DNA of 64,000 nucleotides from Tubiluchus corallicola (Eukaryota; Animalia; Priapulida), in the NCBI GenBank assembly GCA_030141605.1, contig JAQGDQ010000001.1, positions 2,852,001 to 2,916,000 of the forward strand, given 5' to 3'. The stretch's first letter is position 1. Each line of letters opens with the position of its first letter. Of the stretch, positions 15,501 through 30,500 are shown in pieces. The translations under genes were made by a program, and so were the position numbers. Below the pieces are notes generated by a model that was not told the DNA's origin, did no database searches, and saw nothing but the letters and a program-made list of their open reading frames with translations.

Positions 15501-18500
15501 GTTAACAATGATATATATGCAAGCCACTATTCATGTCTTGATTTGTTACCTCATTAGATGAAATTTGTGCGTCTAAGTTTATTTACTGTGACAGCTTGGT
15601 GACAACTTAATTAGCTTAAATTTATGAAAAGAAGATATGTGATTTAGAGTTACTTTAAAGTGGTGGCTTTATTGAACCATCATTATGAGTAGCAGCGATG
15701 TAGTGTTTTGTTTTATGAATTACAGTACCATAATTAGATGCTTTTAAATTTTTTATGAAAATGGTCAATGTAATGATGATGGTGACATTAACAACAATTA
15801 TGATAACCGTAATAATGAGGCTACATGATGATAGTGATGGTTGTGGTGGAATGGTTGTACTAGTGGTGGTTGCGGCAGTGCTGGTGATGGAGACGACAGT
15901 GCTGTAAAGTCAGTACCTGTTTAGGAAATGGGTAGGTGACTGCTAAGTAAGCTTCTCTTGGGAACTTTCGCCTGTCATATACCACTCCCGGCTATTCACT
16001 TCATTGTAGGCAGATGTTTACACAGCCAAACATTGCTAAGACACCTGTTTATCCCAGCCCAGTGTTTCATTTTGCAAGAATATCAATAGTGATGGACTAG
16101 ATTTCAGTCCTGCTGTTTTCTGTTTTTACTACATTTTTCTACCTCATATTTGTAGAACTTAGTATTCATTGCTTATAATAATAATTGTATTATCTTAGGT
16201 TTGTAGCTGTGGGTGAGGCCATTGCAGATGAACATCCAGAGATTCGGCAGGACATGTATGATGCGTGTAAGGAAGCTCACATGGCAGGTATGAGACATAT
16301 TTAAAAACCTAAAATTTATATTTAGTTGACCAAATAATTTAAGCAAAACATTTGCCTGTCTGTTATGCTATTAATTATGTTAAATAGTTTATTTGTTAAT
16401 TACTTTATTTAACATAATTGCTGCTGTTATTAATCCCTCGCCCCTTAGTTTTAAGAAACTTTTTTGCAAGCACAATACAGTACCTTGCAAATGTTACAAA
16501 CTTACAATAAAATCAAATGTTAAACGAGAGACTCATTTACTTTACTTTTTTGTTTCCAAATGTGCATAATGCCTTTTAATTCTAGAAATACAAACTTAAA
16601 ACTGCTGATTTTAGTTTCATACTACGTGCACTAAATTGTTATGTTTTAGTGGCTATCTATTGTTTATTCAAATCTCTACAATTGTGTCATTTTTAATGTT
16701 TGCTAGGTGGAACTTGAACTGATTTTTTTTTTCTCGACTTTGTTTTCAAAATGTAGTGTTGGAATTTTGAACCTACTGCTCAAACATATTCGTTGCTCTT
16801 CACTGTTCTGGTTTTGCTGACCCGAATATTAAAACAGTGGTGATTTGTAGGTGCAACATTTACCTGTGTAGGGGAGCTCTGTTTGCACAGGTCTTAGCGT
16901 GGCTTCGTAAGGCTTCGTCTGCTGCTGCTTTATCGAGCGCCGATTCTAGCTCATTATTGTTTCTCGGTTGCTAACTCAAATACAAGAGCAAGCCGTGAAA
17001 TACACACAGGCTGTAATCAAGATTATAACAGATTACTGTCCCAAGCACTAGTAAGGGGTTGCACTGAATAAATGCGACGTAAAAGCAATTTGGTCAGAGC
17101 TTACTGTTGGATTTAGAATGCTGTCTGCCGAAGGTTTACTTCCCAAGGGCTTTCTTGCGCCTTCCTGTTTAATAACCTACAAATTGATTTCGGAAATGTA
17201 ATTCTATAAAACAAGTACTCGTGCTTCAAGACTGGCGTGTGATAAGAGTTGAAACTTGGCTTTGTTTTCAAAATCATTCTGTGTTTGTTTCATTTCATAT
17301 TTCTTTTATTTAAAGTGCTTTTTTCTTTTATAAAGTTGTGTTATTTTGATTTTTCTTTTTGGTTTGATTTACGTGTTTTACAGTTTTCCTTATGGCCCAA
17401 AACAGTACTTGTTGTAAGTCTGGCGTTATAAATATGAAGTCGACACCATCCTTTGAGAATCATGTTTGCAGTTGGCTGTTATTTGTCCTCTTGCAAATCA
17501 CTCATCACGAAAATTCAGCCACAGTGCAATATAATCGCCTCAGTCTATATTTATTTGTCCTTAGGGGGCTTTGAAAGTGCATCTGCTCTTTCATGATTGT
17601 TTGCTACTAGGACTTGTGTGATAGGCAGACATGGATCATTCATAAGCTTTTTAAGGGCAAAATACATCTGCGATATTTCAGTTGGAAAGACTGCTAATAA
17701 AGATGGAGGGTTCCATCTGATCAAGGGTTCTGCAGAAGCGTGTTCCTTGTATGCAGAGAAAATTGGTAATCACCTATCTGGTACTGAACACAGTAAAGGT
17801 ATATCTCGAGTGAAACAATGCAAGGAGAGATAAAGATAATAGAGCTACTGTTGAGAATTTATCGTTTTTTATGCAAATGGTAGAAGTCTTGTCAATAAGC
17901 TCTCTGAGCTCTATGTTTTATTGAACCACAGTAATTCTGAGGTGTATGCATTCAGTGAAACATGGCTAATTCCAGAAATTACGAATGGAATGTTGTTAAA
18001 TGGTTTTAACTTCAAAGTTTGCCGTAAAGACAGAGGCACTCGTGGTGGGGTGTTGCTTTATTTTTTAATTCCAGTTTGAAAGTGTCACCTGTTAAAATAC
18101 CTGATATGTTCAGTAATCTTGAAATTCTAGCTATAAATGTACTTGATGATCGACCTTTTAGATTAGTTGTTGTCTATCTATCACCCAGTTGTGATATAAA
18201 TCACTCTCTTAGTCTTTTTAAAGGTATGGAATTCTTAGCTAATAGTAAATTCCCTGTTGCTTTTATTGGTGATTTTAATATGCCAGATTGTTCTTGTGAC
18301 TTGGTGAACTTGGTGCAGTGAACTGGCCAAACTTCTTTAGCACTACTGCTAATGTAGAAGATGCTTGGAACAATTTTTATAGCATTTGAAATGATAGTTT
18401 TGACAACCACGTACCTTTCAAGCATATTAAAACTAAGCTTTCCAAAATTAAACATCCTCCTTACATCAGAAGGATTATTAAGAAAAAAGGTGTTTATACC

Positions 18501-21500
18501 ATAACAGAAATAATTCAGAATTGACCAGAAGAGAGTACAATAGTGCTAATAATGCATTTCAAAAAGAATCTAGAAAATTAAAAATGTGCAACGAAAGGAA
18601 AATTCTTGAAAATCTTGATAAAAGCAAATTTTTCAATTTTGTACTCCAGCAATGCTGTAATGATAACGGTGTATCTCCTTTGTACAACTCTGATGGGCAA
18701 TTAATAACTGATGATATCTCTAAGGTAAATGTTTTAAACTCTTGTTTTGCTCAAAATTTTATTTTAGATAATGGTCAGGCACCTCATATAGATGACAAAA
18801 TTGAAGGGATTGACTTTGTCAGCTTTCCCCCAATGAAAATAAGAAAAGCCGTACACCTGATGAGCTTCCAGCTATCATATTTAAGAAACTTGTAAATGTT
18901 CTTTGCTTGCCGTTACCCTTCATATATGGAATGTCGTTTATGAAAGGTGTTATTCCAATTACTTGGAAAAGGGCTGATGTAAATCACATATCATCCATAC
19001 CTACTGAATTGAATTACCTGTTTTTTATTAAATAAGACCCAGCGAGTTGTTATTGGTAGTTCGTTTTCAAACTATGTGCCTATAACATCAGGAGTTCCAC
19101 AGGGCAGTGTACTCGGGCCTTTGTTACTTTTGTTATTCATAAATGATCTGCCAGGTAACACTAAAATTATTTGCTGATGATGCCAAACTGTATCAATGCC
19201 TTAGGAATGGTGGTACTTCTGATATCCAGTCAACTCTTCACAAAATCAAAACATGGACAGACCTATGGCAACTGACCGTAGCTATACCTAAATGTAACAC
19301 ATTGCGTATTAGTAGAAATAATCCCAGTAATAACTATTATTTACAAAATGTGGAAATTGAGACTACTAGTAATGTCCTCCTGCACATCTTAATAAGTGTT
19401 AATTATGTAGTATGCTTTTAATTATATTGTATTTTTATTTTTTTACTGAATGTGATTTTATGTACTAATGGATGTGAATAAACTAAACTAAACTAAATAT
19501 ACCTACTACATGCAGTTTAAATTGGTGGTCGTGGTCGTGGTCGTGGTGGTTGTGTCGGCAGCAGAGGCAGTGGCAGTGGCGACAGCAGCAGCAATAGTAA
19601 CGGCAGTGGCAGCGGCGGCAGCAGCAGCAGCAGTAGTAGTAGCGGCGGCAACAACAGTACCACAGTATTAGTAATTACTGGGTGTTATTGTGTTATTGGA
19701 ACTAACCTTCCGCAAGCTTTCTTTCTGGGCAAATGATCAAATAGTGTATTCTGTGATAATTTTATAATCTCTCTTCACTTAACAGCAAGAAGCTTGCTGC
19801 ATTTAAAACGCACTTTAATATACAGTGTCTATTTGTACATTAATGACAATTCAAAGATATATTTGCAGCTAATGAAATTCTTCAATATTTCTGCTTTTCC
19901 CTTACTGCTAAATCTTTCAGTTCTTCGAAGTGCTTAAATTTTTGACTTATTTGTTGGCTCTTTGTTGCTTGCTGCCAGATATAGTCAACAATTTATTACC
20001 TATAAAAGTACTCTTTATACAGCAGTTCTCCTGCCGTCAATTTGATTAAAGACCTCAGGCTTCCTAAATTGTCTAAAGCTTCTTTACGTTAATATTTATA
20101 ATGCAGTTAACATGCTCTCTTTAGAAATATTAAATCTACAGCGTAGTTTGCTCGTGATTAAGTGCATATGTCAAAATATAATTTACGCCTTTCTTCCTGC
20201 TTAATATGCAAAGTGAAACGATAATAATGAATCAACCAACTGAATTGCATTAACAATTTTTTAGTGAAATTACTTTCTAAGTAAAAGGCAGTTGGTGTCA
20301 AATATTTGACTTGACTGGGTGACAGAGTTAGGAAGTTTCCTAGATAAGTACATATAACATTACTTGAAGAAAAAGCAAAATGTATTATGCATTTGGTTTC
20401 TTCACTTTATTTAAAGATATGCTTGGTACTTTTAGTGTAAGTTGAGATTGTTGCCTTTCTTTTAATATGCTTCTAAAATGATTTAAGCCATTGTTTGCAG
20501 CTTTAAGTTATTTCCATACTTTGGATTTTAAAACCTTTATCATTCTTATAACAGTTGAGAAATGTGTCAGAAATAATCCTATGATATTTTTAGATATGTT
20601 TATGTTTTTTTTAGGTATGGCCATTGCAAAGCTGACAGATATGCGATGGGATGAGCAGACTGCCAGAGTTATTGGTGTTACTGACAAGTCCGCAATGATA
20701 AAAGCTGCAAGATCTCTCCTAGCTGCTGTAACACGTGTCCTGGTCCTTGCTGATCGTGTGGTGGTTAAACAGTTACTACAAGTACAAGATAAGGTATCTA
20801 TTGCAAGTGAACAGAAATGTTGCACAAAGAGCTAACTTCAAAAGCTTATTTTGTTTTTATTAGAGTGTCACTATCTATTGTTCTTCTTGTACTGTATGGT
20901 GCATTTCTTAAAACGTTTTTCATTTCTGTATTCCAGGTTGCTGGCAGCTTGGACAGATTAGAACAGGTTTCCAATTTCACTGAATTTGTGAACACATTCA
21001 GCCAATTTGGTGGCCAGATGGTTGAATTAGCACATCTTTCTGGCGATCGACAAAATGTAAGTCCTTTAATTTATTTATTTGGCAAAGTATATATTTATTA
21101 TTTAAATGATGAGATGTATTTGTCATGTTGGACATTATATCAAACATCAGTAACTCGGTCTGTTGATGTTTGCTTTGTCTTTACTGTTATTTGCCCTCCT
21201 ATAAGGGCTTCCTTCTGTGTTTGAACGAGATTGGTGGCTAATCTGATAAATGCCCTAAATGTTTCCAGGTTAATTTACTAAACTAAGGGGAGCTTAAAAA
21301 AGCTTTGAAAAACCTTATCCCTGGTCATAGAGCATTTTGTTTGAACGTGTAAAGGTTTCTGCCACTGTTTTTGCTGGCTGGAATGACAATGATGTACGAC
21401 AAACTTTTTTTATTTTGTTCAAAATGTTATTTTATTAACAACCATTTTAAATTAGGGTTTATTTTATTTTAGGATTTAAAAGATGATAAGAAGAAAGCTC

Positions 21501-24500
21501 AAATGGGCGTGGCAAGAAGCATACTTGAGAAGGGCACAATGATGCTTTTAACCTCTTGTAAAGTTAGTAATGCATCTTTTTCACCTGCCTTATGGTTTTG
21601 TTTTGCCCTCTATTCCTTGTTTTCTCGGTACAATTGGTAATCACTTTGATCAATCATGCTATTGTTCTATATCAGTGCAATGATGAAGCCAGAGGTAGTA
21701 ATAGCAGATAAAACCTACTTGCTGGCAGCTTTACTGGCTTTTACCCATCTACTGCTGACTTGGTTCAGTATTGGCTTTCGCTTGGCTTTGTGTGAAGTTG
21801 TGTCAACTCAGCTATTTTCTTTGCCTTAAGATGAATACATACATTGTTTAATAAGTACCATTTTGCTAAGTAAGCAATGTCTACCTATAAGCACTAAAAC
21901 TCATAAAATATTTCATGTTCACTTAGTCTAGCATTCTTAATTTGTGCAAGATGCTCTGAAAATGAGTCCCCAAGCCTTTATATTTTTCCAATGGAAGCAT
22001 ATCACTTAGCATTTTATTGGATTAGCATTGTTAAAAGAGAAATTACTGTAGCTTTATCTTTTAAAGACTAAAATGGTTGATGAAATACTTATTTTATAAA
22101 TTATTTTAAAGACATAAATCAGTGTGCATTTGCTGTAATTATTTGTGTATATGTACACTATACAGACATGTCTACGTCACCCAGAGTGCAATTCAGCTCG
22201 AAGGAATAGAGACGGTGTATTTCGTCAGATGCGCCAAGCTATGGACCTTGTACGTTACGTAGTCTCTGATGGATTCTATGCAAATGGCGATGGGACACTA
22301 GTGCCTACATCTTATGAGGGGAATGCGCCTTGTTTATATAATGCTTTGAGTCAGTTTGAGGTTAGGTTGTCATTTTCATTTCAGTAACGTCAGCTTAGTA
22401 AGTCAACATGTTACCATCACAAAAGCCACAGATTGTGAAATCAGCAGTTTCTGATGATCTTGTTTATTCATATTCATATTTGGCATAAAGTAAATTTTAT
22501 TTAGAATGCAAACGTGTACTTTGTTAAAATGACCTTTGTGGTGCTGATTATGACATTGTGGAGCAATCAAATTTAATAGAGTCTATCATTCATGCTATCA
22601 GCAAGCTCATTTATACGTTGCATTTGCAATAACTTTTCTTTGTTGACCAGGATTTGGTTGAATATAATCGCTCGACAGGTCTCTGTGGTAGATCTCAGGA
22701 CGAGTTACAGAGTGCCTTAGACGTGGCGCTTGAGTCAATGCAAGATTTCACTGATTCTGCTTATACGTCACACGAGCATCGTGAGCAGATACTTGTATTA
22801 TCAGAAACTCTCAGGTCTGACTTAAGCACTATGCTTCAAGCAGCCAATAAAGTCATTTCAGCTCGAGTAAGCTCTGAGTATTCTTTTTTTATGATTTTAA
22901 TTCTGTATGGCATTGTGTAAGTTTTTTTTTTTCATGCGAAATTTAGTTTACATAAAGTTTTATTCTCTTTGAGATTTAAGGTTTTTAAAATAGAATTTTG
23001 ATGAATTAATTCAAGCTCCTACCAAACTAAATACACTTAGAGGCTGTTTCTGTGACACACTTGCTGAACTTCTAATATTTTATCAAAAAAACTTGCAGAA
23101 CTTATAATTTACATGATTTCTGCTTGTGCATATTTATAAAACTGTAACAGCTGCTTTTTATTGTATGTGCTTAACTGAATACAGTTTTTAAAACTTTTTT
23201 CTTTGCATTGCAGCATAATATACAGACTGCCAACTGTTTATCATATGAGTTTGTTTTGCATATTCTTGTTAAAATTTTACTTTCAGTCAAATGTATGCTT
23301 AAAAGTATTTTAAATTACCCAGCCTGATGCCAGTTAAAATTTTGTTTACAGGAGCCGAACAGGCTGACAAATGACTTAGACACAGCTGCTATTAAAGTTT
23401 TACGAACAGCGAAAGAACTTAGAAAACAGGTATGGGTTAAGTAATTAGTTATAGAATAGGTTGTCAAACCATATTTATTGAATGCATGCATGGAATTATG
23501 TTATTAAATCTTGTTCTAGCCACAACGTTAATAGCAAAGCAATGTTTGAATTGCTTGCAGTTCTTTAAGTGGTTAATAACTTGATGTTTGTAACCAATAA
23601 CTAAAAATGTAGGCAACTCTTCTGGGTTCCACTGAAACCCTAATGGTATTGTATTTTCAAGTTTTGGACTGGCTTGACAGTCAAAAGGTTAACTTGATGA
23701 AATTTGTTACTGTTAGGGGATTCACTTGCCCTCGATGCCTTTCAGTATCTAATATGCCCTTTAGGTAAGTGGGAAGAGACTTAAATTATTTACAGACATT
23801 GCAGTTATTGTCGTATATTTGACATGAAGACATTTTTTGTTGTTTTTAACACTTCTGTGCACAGTTCTGAGGTGTTTAAACAATCTGGCTTTTGAGTATT
23901 AGACCTGTATTGATCACAACTTATCGTTGTTATTTATTTTCATCCATTTGTTGTTGCAGCTGCAAGAAACTGCATTTGAGCAAGGAGATGAGATATTTAA
24001 GCGAAATGCTGATGCTGAAATACTTAATGGATTAAAGAATTCTGGAATGTCTGGAGATCTAGATAAAATCGACGAGCTTACCGTTCAAATATGCGAGCAC
24101 TCTGAACAGTTACAGGAAGTAAACAAAATTTTGTTTCATAAAGGATTTTCTGTTTTTAACTAGGCTTTGAAAGCTAAAATGTGTATAAAATTTTTCTCTT
24201 TTGCAGCCGCATAAAAAGAATGATTCTATAGTTTTTCTCATGTTTGAGCAAATAGGAACCAATGTGAACTGCGATATAAATAAGTTAGCTTGACATACAG
24301 TTAATAAACAAAAACTGTATTCATTGTTTAACTAGTAAAAATGATGTGGTCTATAAATCTATCGGTATGTGGTCAACTTGATCTGTCATTTTTTAACAGT
24401 ATAATGGTAAACCACACATAAAACTTTTTTAACTTTTTATTATTTAAAAATGCAACATTTCATCTACTAGCAGTAGAATTGATCAGGTTCTGCAGTTTTT

Positions 24501-27500
24501 CAAATTTAATGGATATAAAAAAGAGAAAACGAAGCTACTGTCTTCAGTAATCATTTTTTAACAAAAAAGAACACTTTAATTCCAACAAAAGTTAACTCTG
24601 CCAAAATTTTGCCCACTAGAGCTCATACAATGGCAAGGAATTACAGGAATTACTGTATTAAGTAACACATCATTTGAATTAAAATGCGGGATAAGCTTAG
24701 TCTGTCAGTGGCATTTTGAATGCCATCAGCAATAAGCAAAATACTACATTTTTACAGCAGAAACTGTTTACTTAGGTAGCCAAATGTATTCCTGAAATTA
24801 GTGTAAAAGTATAGCAGAACGAGCCGGGAAAACAACAAAGCAAATTAACAATGCAACATTAACAAAATGTGTGCATTGTATGGAAATAACTCAACAGTTA
24901 CTCCACAATGGAAATGCTGAAAAGTTACCTTAAATTATTTACAAGATGTGATTATATTACTTATATTTTCTTTTATTGCAGACTTGTAAACTGCTGAGGC
25001 ACATTGCTACAGCTGATCCACTTGCTGTGGCAGCTGAACATGCTGAAAACAATTTCAAAATTCTTGGACCACTGGTAATTACAATTCATTTTATATATTA
25101 AACAACTCTAGTTAGTAAATACTCATTATTGTAAATACTTAAATATTATGCAAGCTGAGCCAGTTTCATATTTTACAGTTACAGCTATCTCGGAATTAAT
25201 GAAAGATCAATCATTTTTTTGTAATTAATTAACATCATAGTAATTATTCTCAGGATTTTTCTACATAAGAGTATTAACATACCCACCAGTTAGGCTTGCA
25301 AACTAATATTTTAGCTGTTCGTGATGGTTGCTACATTGTTTTTTACGGCTAACTGCTTTAGCGTCAACCCAAATCTGCGGCCTGCTTTTAAAAATGGCTC
25401 TTATTTTGGACATTTACTGATGAGTGAGAATTTTATCTCTGATGTGCCTTTGTGAATTTATTTTTTGAACTTAGTGAGATTAGAAACACTTAATCTGAAA
25501 GCAGTGTACACAAAAGACTTTATTTCATGCATTTGCTCATCGAATCATTCATTGATCATTTGTATATACACAAGTCATACTTTCATTTCTTCTTTAAATT
25601 TAATATTTTAAGATTATTTCTGCATCACAAACGCTGGTCACTCATCCTACGAGTAAGATTGCCAAAGAAAACATGGATGTGCTATGTGATGCTTGGGAAC
25701 GTCAAATCAACGATGTATCTATCATGATTAAAGAGATTGTGGATGTTTGCCGTGGCCGAGTGGCAGCCGACAAACAGCTGTACATGTCCCTGCCGCGTCC
25801 TGGGGTATATCTGTTTACATTAAATTATAGCAAAATTGTTTAAATCATTTCATAAATTTGGTAATTCTTCAAAAGATTTAATTAAGTCTAAATCAAATCG
25901 CAAAGACTTTTACTTTGCTTTGTGGGACTTTAGTGTTACTTGCAAATATCAGTCATGCATGCATTTCATCATCTTGACTGTTTGGTTATAATGTTCTGCT
26001 TATGAAGGTTACCTCGAGAGTTTTCTCACACCATTTACCTGACTGTTCTGGTACGACTTCATGTTGAAAATGCATTCACAAGTCACTAAATGAAACAAAT
26101 TAACTATTTACAATTGTTATTTGTTGTGCTTAAATGTTTCTTTCTGGCAGCTGTTTGAATATTTTATGACATGCTTTGGAGGAATTTCTGTAAAAGGCAG
26201 TTCTCTTATGGAGAAACTAATGGCCCTCTGTTTGCTCATGTTGCTTAGCAACCATAGGTTGTTTAATTAACAGTCTAATAAGAAAAATTCCTTACATACT
26301 TCTCTCTTTCTAATAATGCAGAAGCATGGCACAACAGCTAAATCACTTCGACCGGCAAGACTTGATGCTGAGGTAATATTTCACGTTCATTTTGTGCTAA
26401 TACTAACTTGCTATATAATAATATAATTACTTTGTTGTAGGTTTTCACACTTTTTAACACTTATTGTGCATTTAACTAATTTGTTCTAATTTTTATTAGA
26501 AACTTAATAAGATATTTTTAAACTATTGGTATTAATAACGCACAATGTTTTCCTAGAATTATTGGTATATATTACTATTCGTATTGAATAGGAGCAAGCA
26601 AAAATTGCAAAACTTGGTTTGGAGATGAAGTTGATTACATCTGAAATGGATGCAGAAACCGAGAAATGGGAAGAAGCTGAGAACGACGTTGTAAAACGAG
26701 CAAAAAACATGTCTAGCATGGCATTTAGCATGTACCTATTTACAAGAGGTGAGATGGAATATTTAAGAATGAGCAAAATTAATGTGCGAATTTCTCTGTT
26801 GTATTTAACTTGTTTGCGTAATATTTTTACTAAAGTAGGTAAATCATGTATCATTAGTCCTTAAGCGTAAATATTTAACACGAGTTGTTCTTTGTACTTG
26901 TATAAAAAAGAATTAAATTGTCAGTCCAAAATTACTCATTTTCAGTGAGTTTTGATATACTAGCCCCAAAATTTAACTTGCAATATAAGCTTAAGATCAT
27001 AACACATTACACATGATCTAATTAAATCTGTACTGTATAGGCGAGGGACCGCTGCGAACAACACAAGATTTGTTTACACAGGCTTCATACTTTGCTGAGG
27101 AAGCTAATAAGCTTCACAAAAGCGTTAATGGCTTCATCTATCAGGTAAGTGTTGCAAACAAAAGAAAATTGTGTGATGTAATGTTAAAGCTCGTGGCACA
27201 TATGCATTTGGCTTTATCCAAATTAATATTTCTCATTAAACAAGTCAGGCAATTTGACATTCTTTGCTCCATTAATTAATAGAAATGCTAGTAATTTACA
27301 ATTTGGCCAATTAAAACTTTTTTGAAATAATAATTAGGTAGGAAGGGAGCAAACAGTGTAGTGAATTTTGTCAAATTGGCAAGTGTGTTTGTGGCAAAAG
27401 TGGTTAACCAGCTAACGGCTAATGAGAAGAATTTTAGTTTTCTTAAATGCAGATTACCGGTTTTTTTATGCTGTTCCAAAGAACTAAATATAAAAGGCGA

Positions 27501-30500
27501 TTCACATTTTAGACTATGGTTTTCTTCAGTGATTTTGAACTTTGCATACTTACATTGATCCTCCACATCTACTTCTATCAATGACAGATTTCATTCTCAA
27601 TCACCCAAAATTTTTCGCATTCCTATAATCTAGATATTCCGGTTTCCAAGCTTTCAACTGCATTTGTGCTAACACATCAAGCATCACTATGTTGTGGTCA
27701 CTGGCACCTAACAATTCTTTTGCTTCTCAACTAATGCTTCATTGGATGACAGAACTAAATCTAATTCATTGTCCCCACGAGAAGGCTTGTCAGCAAATTG
27801 GATTAAACAACAGTCTTACACTATTTCAACAAATGCTCGATCGGCATTCAACTGATCTATGATTAACATTTCCGCAAATAATCTTTTCACTACTACTGTC
27901 ACAAACTTCTCTTAATAATGAATGTAAAGCAGCTTCCTGTTCGTGATATGATTCATTACGAAGATAGCAAGTACCAAACAAAATATTTCCACAGTTTACT
28001 CTCACGTTTAGCCTAACAGACTCTGTATTAGCACTTGCAGTTAATTTCTCATCTAATGTAGCATGCAACCTTTTCTTGAAATATTTGATGCATTCACCAC
28101 CTCACATTCCACTCCTATCTTTCCTGAATTAGGAATCATCTAACATTAAGATAACATCTTTAATTGAATTGTGTGCCCAAGATTCTCTAGTTATTATAAC
28201 ATCTGGATTATGGCATTTCACGTAATTCTCCATCTCATTCATCTTAGTTATGACTCTGCAAGCGTTAGTAGAAAAACATCTTAATGCGGATAAGTATTGA
28301 GCAGTTCTGTTCAGTTTCTTACTCCAACTGTGTTTTCTCCTTCACTCCGCTTCCTGCAAAACTAGATGACCTTTTTGATTTTAATTTTAATTGTAATTTT
28401 TAGATTGCTTTCACCCTTGCTTCTATTTTCAGTTCTTCCCTTAGTGCTTTATCCTCCTTGTGAAAGATATTTGTGAAGTCGAAATTGAACACTGGTAGAA
28501 ACAACTAAACACAAGATTAAATATTTGCACAAGAACTGAAACACTTTTTTATTGCACTAAATACACATGAGTAAAATGCACAAGTAAAATGATTATCACA
28601 ACTGCTGCACAGCACTGAGTGTGTGACAGAGAGACAGTGTGTAACATGACTGCACTGCCTGAGACAGAGAGTAGACAGTGGCTAGAAGTGGAATCTAGCC
28701 AGTTTATATATGTAAAGAACTATGCAAAAACATGGCTTCACATATCCCATTTACAGAAAAATAGGGGAGATACAGTGAGTTTGAATATTCATTGGAACAT
28801 ACAATTGCATTAAGGGGTGAATTCAACTAGTAAATGTTTAAAGTAACGAATCAATAGATGGCAGCACCTAAATATACAGTTACAACTTTCACATCCTCCC
28901 ACCTTGAAACGAAAAATAATTAGAGTTTCAATACATGTCAATACAATACAAAATGTCAAATAAATGAAACAATGCAAAATTAGGAGGTATGTCATTAAAG
29001 ATCAGGTGCATTCTAAGGGGCAGAGGAGGCAAAGGGGACGGCGAGTAAGGCGTCCGTGACTCCTGATGTAGGCGGCTCGTGGATTTCCGTCTCGACCGGG
29101 AATCAGTGATTCGATCCTCCCTAGTGGCCAACGCCATCGAGGTAGGGGCTTGGAATGGACGAGAACGATGTCTCCTTCTTTCGGAGTAGCTGGAGATCTT
29201 GTCTTGGTTCTCCATTGTCGTAAGGATAGAAGGTACTCGTTCCTCCATCTGGACCAAAGATGTGTGCTGATGGTGAGACGATGTTTCCATCTCCTCGGTA
29301 GCTCTTCAGGAGGTGGTGAATCGTGGATGCTTATGTCCAAAAGTGCTGGTGGAGTAGCTCTAAAGATGAAGTGTCCTGGAGTCAAAGGTTCATCTCCAGA
29401 CAAAACGAGAGGGCGCCGATTGATGCGTTCCTCTAACTCTGTGACCACTGTGGTGAGTTCAGTCAGAGATAAAGATGTGCTGCCAAGTGTCTTGCGACAA
29501 GAACGTTTGATAGTTCCGATGAGTCTTTCCCAGTAACCTCCCCACCAGGGTGCAGCTTCAGGGATGAAGGTCCAGGTTAGACTCCTCTGCATGCGTTTCA
29601 CCAAGCTGACGAATGATCGAGCATTGTCGCTGTAGAATTGTGCGGGTCCACGGCGTGCTAAGAACCGACGAATAGCTAGTCCAGTGTCCTTCTCATTGAG
29701 TGAGGTGACAACTTCCATGTGTACGGCTCTAGTGACGGCACATGTGAACAGAAGAACCCATGATTTGGTCTGGTCGCCAAGATACAATGGGCTGAAGTGA
29801 TCAAGTCCAGTATGCGCAAATGGTCGCGCTTCTGTGACTCTGAATGGTGGAAGACTGCCTTCAGTAGAAGTGTATGGTCGTCCTTTAAGCTTCTTGCAGG
29901 AAACGCACTTCTGAAGAATCTTCTTGACAGTCCTGTGAGGCTTTGGGAGCCAGTAGCATTGACTCTCTCGTGTGGCGTAAGTGGTCCGCCGACGCGAGTT
30001 GACTTGATGAGTCGTGAATTATGAACGAATCTGAGCACATAAGAGGTTATGTTTATAGCTCGTTGTAAGGAAGACTATCGGTCCACAGGAAAAAGTGGTG
30101 TCTTCTCTGTAAGAGGAGTTGCTACAGTGAACAAAGTGGAGGACTTCTGTTCGCAGACAGAGTAGTCCGACTCCTCCCTGAGTGTGAGAAAAGGTGGACC
30201 ATGTCTCCAAAGGTCCAGGTGTTGCAAGTAGAGTAGCTTGCAACCTCGAGTTGGCAGATCTGCGGGATTCTGCGAACTAGGTACGTGAGACCACTCGCAT
30301 GCTTGCGAGAGTGTGTGGATCTCACGAACTCGATTCCTCACGAACACGTCTTTTGGCATACTGCGTATCCATCCGAGTGTTACCATTGAGTCCGAGTAGA
30401 AATGTCTGAGACATGATGATAGGACTGGTACATGCTGCTGGATGTAAGTCCCTAGACGAGCCCCAAGAAGAGCAGCCATCAGCTCTAAACGTGGAAGAGT

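Noticed and set aside
15770-15900. GAT/GGT-rich run resembling a Gly/Asp-rich coding exon
   Set aside because: It is a degenerate trinucleotide repeat with no usable splice sites, and exons 2 and 3 already join in phase.
20794-20936. Alpha-catulin intron 4 donor GTATCTATT with upstream TTTCTTAAA, resembling U12 signals
   Set aside because: It lacks the CC at +5/+6 and the following T-run, is phase 0, and has a normal polypyrimidine tract; best read as U2-type.
28619-28813. Identical 64-aa ORFs at 28619..28813 and 32809..33003
   Set aside because: They are the two LTR copies read antisense from a non-ATG start, not a duplicated gene.
29150-30024. Plus-strand ORFs overlapping the integrase
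   Set aside because: These are antisense shadows of GC-richer pol sequence with no recognisable motifs.
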